A stretch of 64,000 nucleotides of DNA from Opitutales bacterium (lineage in GTDB: Bacteria > Verrucomicrobiota > Verrucomicrobiia > Opitutales > PNEW01): the NCBI GenBank assembly GCA_965197745.1, contig CBDANS010000007.1, positions 832,001 through 896,000 of the forward strand, written 5' to 3'. Position numbers and translations under genes: made by a program. A model generated the notes under the pieces. The model saw only the letters and a list, made by a program, of their open reading frames with translations. It was not told the origin of the DNA and did no database searches. Positions 59,616 through 64,000 of the stretch are shown here, piece after piece. Each line of letters begins with the position of its first letter. Position 1 is the first letter of the stretch.

Positions 59616-60752
59616 ATGAGGGACATTGTAAAATTTCATTCCCTGGAATTTGTCGCATTTCCAGCGACTGTCCGCACAGATTGGGTACACGCCTTATTCC
59701 AGGACGATAATGGGATGGTCAGTATAGTCGAAATAATGAAATCGGGCGGCAGGGGTAATGCCGTGAAGTATTTAACTGAAGCGATAGAAAAAATTCGTGG
59801 AATGGCAATAGACAGAGAAGAGGAAATCCCCAGTCTTCTTAGATTAGATGATGAAACGATTCGAAAGGAACTCGACCTTGCTTGCTCTGTAAGCGCGTTG
59901 CGTACTGCAGTAACGCAATTTCAATCAGACTACAGGGGCGTCAATCTGACCCAGGCATTGGGCGGTAAACCATGTGAGAGTATACCTTTGTATGCGAATA
60001 TAAATCGATCCCTTTTAAATAGCCGTTCTCCTGGTTCATTTGCCCATGCTGCTGATCTCGCGGTCAGGAGCGGATTCAATGTTATAAAGTGCGCGCCCTT
60101 CGATGAAGTAGAATTTAAAGACTCAAATGCGGATAAGCTCAAAAATGCGAAAAAGGGGATTGAGCGCGTTGCTGCGATTAAGCGTACCGTTGGTAAAGAT
60201 GTAACCGTGTTTGTTGACTGTCACCAGCGGTTTGATGAACAAACCGCGCTCATCATTTTTGAGAAATTAGCGGAGATTGGAATCGGATGGTTTGAAGAAC
60301 CCATCCCGGAAGGAAATAATCAAGCCATGGCGCGTATTTTAAAGGCTATTTCTGTGCCCATGGCCGGTGGAGAGTGCCGATACGGGAAATCACAGTTTTT
60401 GGATTTAATCTCATGCAGTGCCTGTGACATAGTAATGCCTGACATCAAATTTTGTGGAGGCATAGCTGAAGCTCAACGTATTGGCCGGTCGATAATCGCG
60501 GCAGGGGGAAAGTATTCTCCACATTGCCCATCAGGCCCAGTATCGTTATTAGCAAGTGCTCACGCCACCGCTGCGGTTAAGGGTGCCTACTTATTGGAAC
60601 ATGCGGTTAATGAAATTCCGTGGCGAGCTGAAATCCTCTCTCCACGGGAACAGATCGATAAAGGGCGATTGTGGTTTCCCGAGGGTAAAGGATTAGGGGC
60701 AATCTTTGATGCGAGAACTGTCGAAAAACGCGGTCGCCGATGGTCCCCCTAG
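59616..60752 (+). CDS. Mandelate racemase/enolase superfamily dehydratase
   Basis: LYANINR, KCAPFD, VDCH, WFEEP, GGE, MPDIKFCGG and SPH motifs. Confidence 0.9.
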   Translation: MRDIVKFHSLEFVAFPATVRTDWVHALFQDDNGMVSIVEIMKSGGRGNAVKYLTEAIEKIRGMAIDREEEIPSLLRLDDETIRKELDLACSVSALRTAVTQFQSDYRGVNLTQALGGKPCESIPLYANINRSLLNSRSPGSFAHAADLAVRSGFNVIKCAPFDEVEFKDSNADKLKNAKKGIERVAAIKRTVGKDVTVFVDCHQRFDEQTALIIFEKLAEIGIGWFEEPIPEGNNQAMARILKAISVPMAGGECRYGKSQFLDLISCSACDIVMPDIKFCGGIAEAQRIGRSIIAAGGKYSPHCPSGPVSLLASAHATAAVKGAYLLEHAVNEIPWRAEILSPREQIDKGRLWFPEGKGLGAIFDARTVEKRGRRWSP

Positions 60753-60943
60753 TTGCCGCGACGATACTTAATATTAAATACTGTTCAGGTTTTACTCTGA
60801 GATCGGGATGAGAAAACGAAGAATAGCCTGATCTGCTTTATATTTGTCTCATGCACATCCCCCCGTTAATTATTAAATTATCCTGGTGTTGTCATAAGTT
60901 GGGTATTGATGTATGATTTTTTAAATTAATAATACAAAGCGAA

Positions 60944-61843
60944 GTGGCACATGACCATCAGAGTGTTTCTCATGGCGCCAGGAATATTAAGCTGGCGTTC
61001 TTTTTAAACCTTATTTTTGCCGTCTTTGAACTTATTGGTGGACTCTTTATAAACAGCCTGGCTATCATCTCCGACGCGCTACATGATTTGGGTGACAGTA
61101 TTTCCCTGGGGCTTGCGTGGGGACTTGAGAAAATTTCTGAGAAGGGCGCGACAAGTCAATTCACTTATGGCTATCGCCGGGTATCGTTACTTGCTGCTCT
61201 GATTAATACCATCATTCTGATTGTTGGGTCATTGATCATTTTATCTTACGCCGTACCAAGAATTCTTGAACCCGAACCAACGCATGCTACCGGTATGCTG
61301 TTGTTTGCGATTATTGGTATTTGCGTAAACGGGTACGCTGCATTGCGAGTAAGTAAAGGGCATTCCATGAATGAGAAAGTGGTTACCTGGCACTTGCTCG
61401 AAGATGTAATCGGGTGGGTCGCCATACTCATTGTTGGCATCATCCTAATGGTAAAAGATCTCTATATTCTCGACCCGATTCTCTCTGTTATCATCACCCT
61501 CTATGTCCTCTTTAATGTGCTGATCAATTTAAAGAAAACTCTGCTTCTTTTCCTGCAGGGAGTGCCCGCTAATATCGATCTGATACAGGTAGAAGAGAAA
61601 TTGCGGTCAATCGATAAAGTAATATCGAATCATCATACTCACATCTGGTCGCTGGACGGCAGTGATAACGTTCTCACCACCCACCTCGTTGTCGAACCCA
61701 CTATCTCTCGAGATGAAATTAAAGAGATAAAATCACAGGTCAGAACAATTGCCCAAAATTTATCAGTGAAACACGCTACGGTCGACCTTGAATTTGATGG
61801 TGATTCGTGTATTATCCAGAAAGTGAGCAGTGAAAACTTTTGA
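60944..61843 (+). CDS. Cation diffusion facilitator (CzcD/ZitB-like)
   Basis: SLAIISDALHDLGD, FTYGYRR, HLLED and HIWSLDG motifs. Confidence 0.93.
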   Translation: MAHDHQSVSHGARNIKLAFFLNLIFAVFELIGGLFINSLAIISDALHDLGDSISLGLAWGLEKISEKGATSQFTYGYRRVSLLAALINTIILIVGSLIILSYAVPRILEPEPTHATGMLLFAIIGICVNGYAALRVSKGHSMNEKVVTWHLLEDVIGWVAILIVGIILMVKDLYILDPILSVIITLYVLFNVLINLKKTLLLFLQGVPANIDLIQVEEKLRSIDKVISNHHTHIWSLDGSDNVLTTHLVVEPTISRDEIKEIKSQVRTIAQNLSVKHATVDLEFDGDSCIIQKVSSENF

Positions 61844-61916
61844 GGCCAGGGTGGATGGGAAATTGGATGTTTTGAAAGCTGTGCTTTTTTCCAAGCATGA
61901 CGCCTTCATCCGCTTA

Positions 61917-62447
61917 ATGGTTCTTCCAATCATCCAATCATCCATTCTTCTTTTTCTCTGCTTATTTCCCGGGGCATTATTGGCTGGACGAATTGATAAT
62001 CCTTCAAGGGCTCAATTCCCAGAAAAAGTGAAGGATCTCAATGGGAGGGTGATTGACATCAGTCAACTTACAGAGAAAAAGACCGTCACTGTAGTGACAC
62101 TCAAAGCGACCTGGTGTCCGGTTTGTCAGGAGCAATTGATTCGCCTTAAAAACAATTTACACTTGATCGATACGAAGCGGGTAACCTTTATTGTCCTTTC
62201 ACCCGGCCCCAAAAAAAACCTTTTCGAGATTAAGGAAAAGACCGGATTTCCCTATCCATTTATCGAAGATAAAAATCTGCGAATTTCCACATCGCTGGGG
62301 TTAGCAATGAGCGAAAAAGAGATTTCCCCCAGCATATTTATTTTGAACAGGAATCTGAACATTCGCTGGATGCAAAGAGGAAGAAGCGGATGGTACTATG
62401 GAGACGAGGAATTGCTTAACGAAATCGGAATTGTGCATTGGATGTAA
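61917..62447 (+). CDS. Exported redoxin (AhpC/TSA-like, CxxC)
   Basis: WCPVC motif and thioredoxin-fold pattern; signal-like segment from ATG 61917. Confidence 0.8.
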   Translation: MVLPIIQSSILLFLCLFPGALLAGRIDNPSRAQFPEKVKDLNGRVIDISQLTEKKTVTVVTLKATWCPVCQEQLIRLKNNLHLIDTKRVTFIVLSPGPKKNLFEIKEKTGFPYPFIEDKNLRISTSLGLAMSEKEISPSIFILNRNLNIRWMQRGRSGWYYGDEELLNEIGIVHWM

Positions 62448-62561
62448 GAGATGATGTTTGCGCATATAACTGTTACCTTGACTGGTATTATCTGTGTATG
62501 CAAAAACATCACAGGGTTGAAGGTTGGGGTCTAATAAAAGTAAAAAATGGGGAGAATGGAT

Positions 62562-64000
62562 ATGTCTGAAAAAAAAAGGTATTATTTAACTGAGAACAAA
62601 AGTTTGAACATAAAGATTGCTGCTATCGGTATAATTTTAAGCTCTCTTGTTGTCTTTTCACCTGTCTATCCGATGGGGCGAAAACCAAAAGAAGCGGAAC
62701 CACCGATGCAGAAGGAATACTGGGTGCATGGTGGATTTGCAGCATTTTCTCAAGGCAGTTTTGATAATGGGGGCGCCAATCTTTACGTAAACGCCAACGG
62801 CATCATTGAGATGATCAACCACTATGACGTAAACAACGATGGTTATGTCGACCTCGTTCTCTCGAATGATCATGATAAAATCGAGCGAGGTCCGACCTGG
62901 GGCTATATCGTTGATCATTATCCCGGTGAAAACTGGAAACGTTATCAAATGTCCGCTGACAGCGGATGGATGAGCCGGATTGCCGATGTGGACGCGGATG
63001 GGCACCAGGATCTCATAACCGTTAATTGTTATAACGGGGTGACTTCGGAGTTGCCTTCTTTCATTTATTGGGGTGGTCCGGATAGTCCTGAGGAAAGCCG
63101 GACCGACCTACCGACAATCGGCGCCTATGATGTCGCTTTCGTAGACATCAACCGCGATGGTCGACTGGATTTAATTTTCCCCTCGGCTTGGCGAGACAAT
63201 CATAATCCTGCATTACCCCGGCTGGTTCATGTTTATCTTCAAGGTGAGGACCGTCAATTTGTAGATGAAGGGGAACAGTATGGTTTGATCGCGACCGGAG
63301 CGTTATCCATCGCGGTAGCCGATTTAAATAAAGATACCTACCCGGATATTGTAACAGCCAGTTATCGAGAGGGCCAAAGAAACCTTCCCTTGAATACCAA
63401 GTCGAAAGTTTTCTGGGGTACAGCGGAAGGTGTAGACAGTGATTCACCACTGATCCTGCCGACTTATGGAGCACGGCAAGTGGTGTTAAAGGATCTGAAC
63501 AGTGACGGGAATACGGATATCGCATTTAGTGGCACTGGCGAGGTTAAGATCTATTGGAATAAAGATGAGGGCATCGATACCGGTAATCCTTTGACCATAG
63601 AAGCAAAAGGAGAATCCGGCGAATTTTCAGAGAATGTCGTGCGTATTGAAATAGCTGACATCGATGAAGACGACCAGATGGAATTAATGATCGCTACCTC
63701 TGAAGGGGTACAAGTCAGATCCGGCAACGATCTGATGAACATTGAGATGACACTTCCTGTTAAGCATGCCCGTTGGCTAACGGCTGCCGATTTAAATGGC
63801 GATAATCGACTGGAACTTATCGTCAGTAAAAATTACGATGAGAATGAGTTTAAAACCAAGTCTCCGATTTTCTGGAACGGGCCGAATGGGCTTTCCTTTG
63901 AAAATGCAAGCTGGGTTCACACGCTTGGCGTAGTTGGTAATACTGCCGGTGATCTGGATGGAGATGGTCGCCCCGAGGTAATATTCAATAATGTTTATGA
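62562..64000 (+). CDS. FG-GAP/VCBS repeat protein, exported, runs off the window end
   Basis: Open frame from ATG 62562 to the end with repeated DxNxDGxxD motifs (DVNNDGYVD, DVDADGHQD, DINRDGRLD, DLNGDNRLE) and YWG/FWG motifs. Confidence 0.9.
   Translation, partial: MSEKKRYYLTENKSLNIKIAAIGIILSSLVVFSPVYPMGRKPKEAEPPMQKEYWVHGGFAAFSQGSFDNGGANLYVNANGIIEMINHYDVNNDGYVDLVLSNDHDKIERGPTWGYIVDHYPGENWKRYQMSADSGWMSRIADVDADGHQDLITVNCYNGVTSELPSFIYWGGPDSPEESRTDLPTIGAYDVAFVDINRDGRLDLIFPSAWRDNHNPALPRLVHVYLQGEDRQFVDEGEQYGLIATGALSIAVADLNKDTYPDIVTASYREGQRNLPLNTKSKVFWGTAEGVDSDSPLILPTYGARQVVLKDLNSDGNTDIAFSGTGEVKIYWNKDEGIDTGNPLTIEAKGESGEFSENVVRIEIADIDEDDQMELMIATSEGVQVRSGNDLMNIEMTLPVKHARWLTAADLNGDNRLELIVSKNYDENEFKTKSPIFWNGPNGLSFENASWVHTLGVVGNTAGDLDGDGRPEVIFNNVY

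Noticed and set aside
1..64000. tRNA, rRNA, riboswitches, prophage or known defence systems
   Set aside because: No recognisable signatures by eye; covariance-model and HMM searches were not possible.

Overview
Bacterial chromosomal window of moderate, patchy GC, most likely from an Opitutae-like Verrucomicrobiota. That assignment is inferred from the recalled C-terminal module of the Ig-domain proteins and was not verified. The window is mainly accessory metabolism: enolase-superfamily dehydratases, SDRs, PhyH dioxygenases, amidohydrolases, a CocE/SSS/DHDPS/creatininase cluster, a TonB receptor plus S9 peptidase, an ABC-2 system, sthA, chrA and a CDF transporter. It also has a GAF-GAF-PAS adenylate cyclase, three orphan receiver-only regulators, two tandem secreted Ig-domain paralogues and two IS3-family elements. 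No rRNA, tRNA or CRISPR array was seen. The most unusual signal is that both divergent IS3 transposases carry a near-identical 32-nt GA-rich hairpin insertion at the same codon beside the catalytic SDNG Asp. A third, structurally covarying 43-nt version sits at another Glu codon. Several families of small palindromic or short-unit repeats, some nested, populate the intergenic regions. One IS splits an aldo/keto reductase. A perfect 217-bp tandem duplication and three homopolymer frameshifts may be real lesions or assembly errors.
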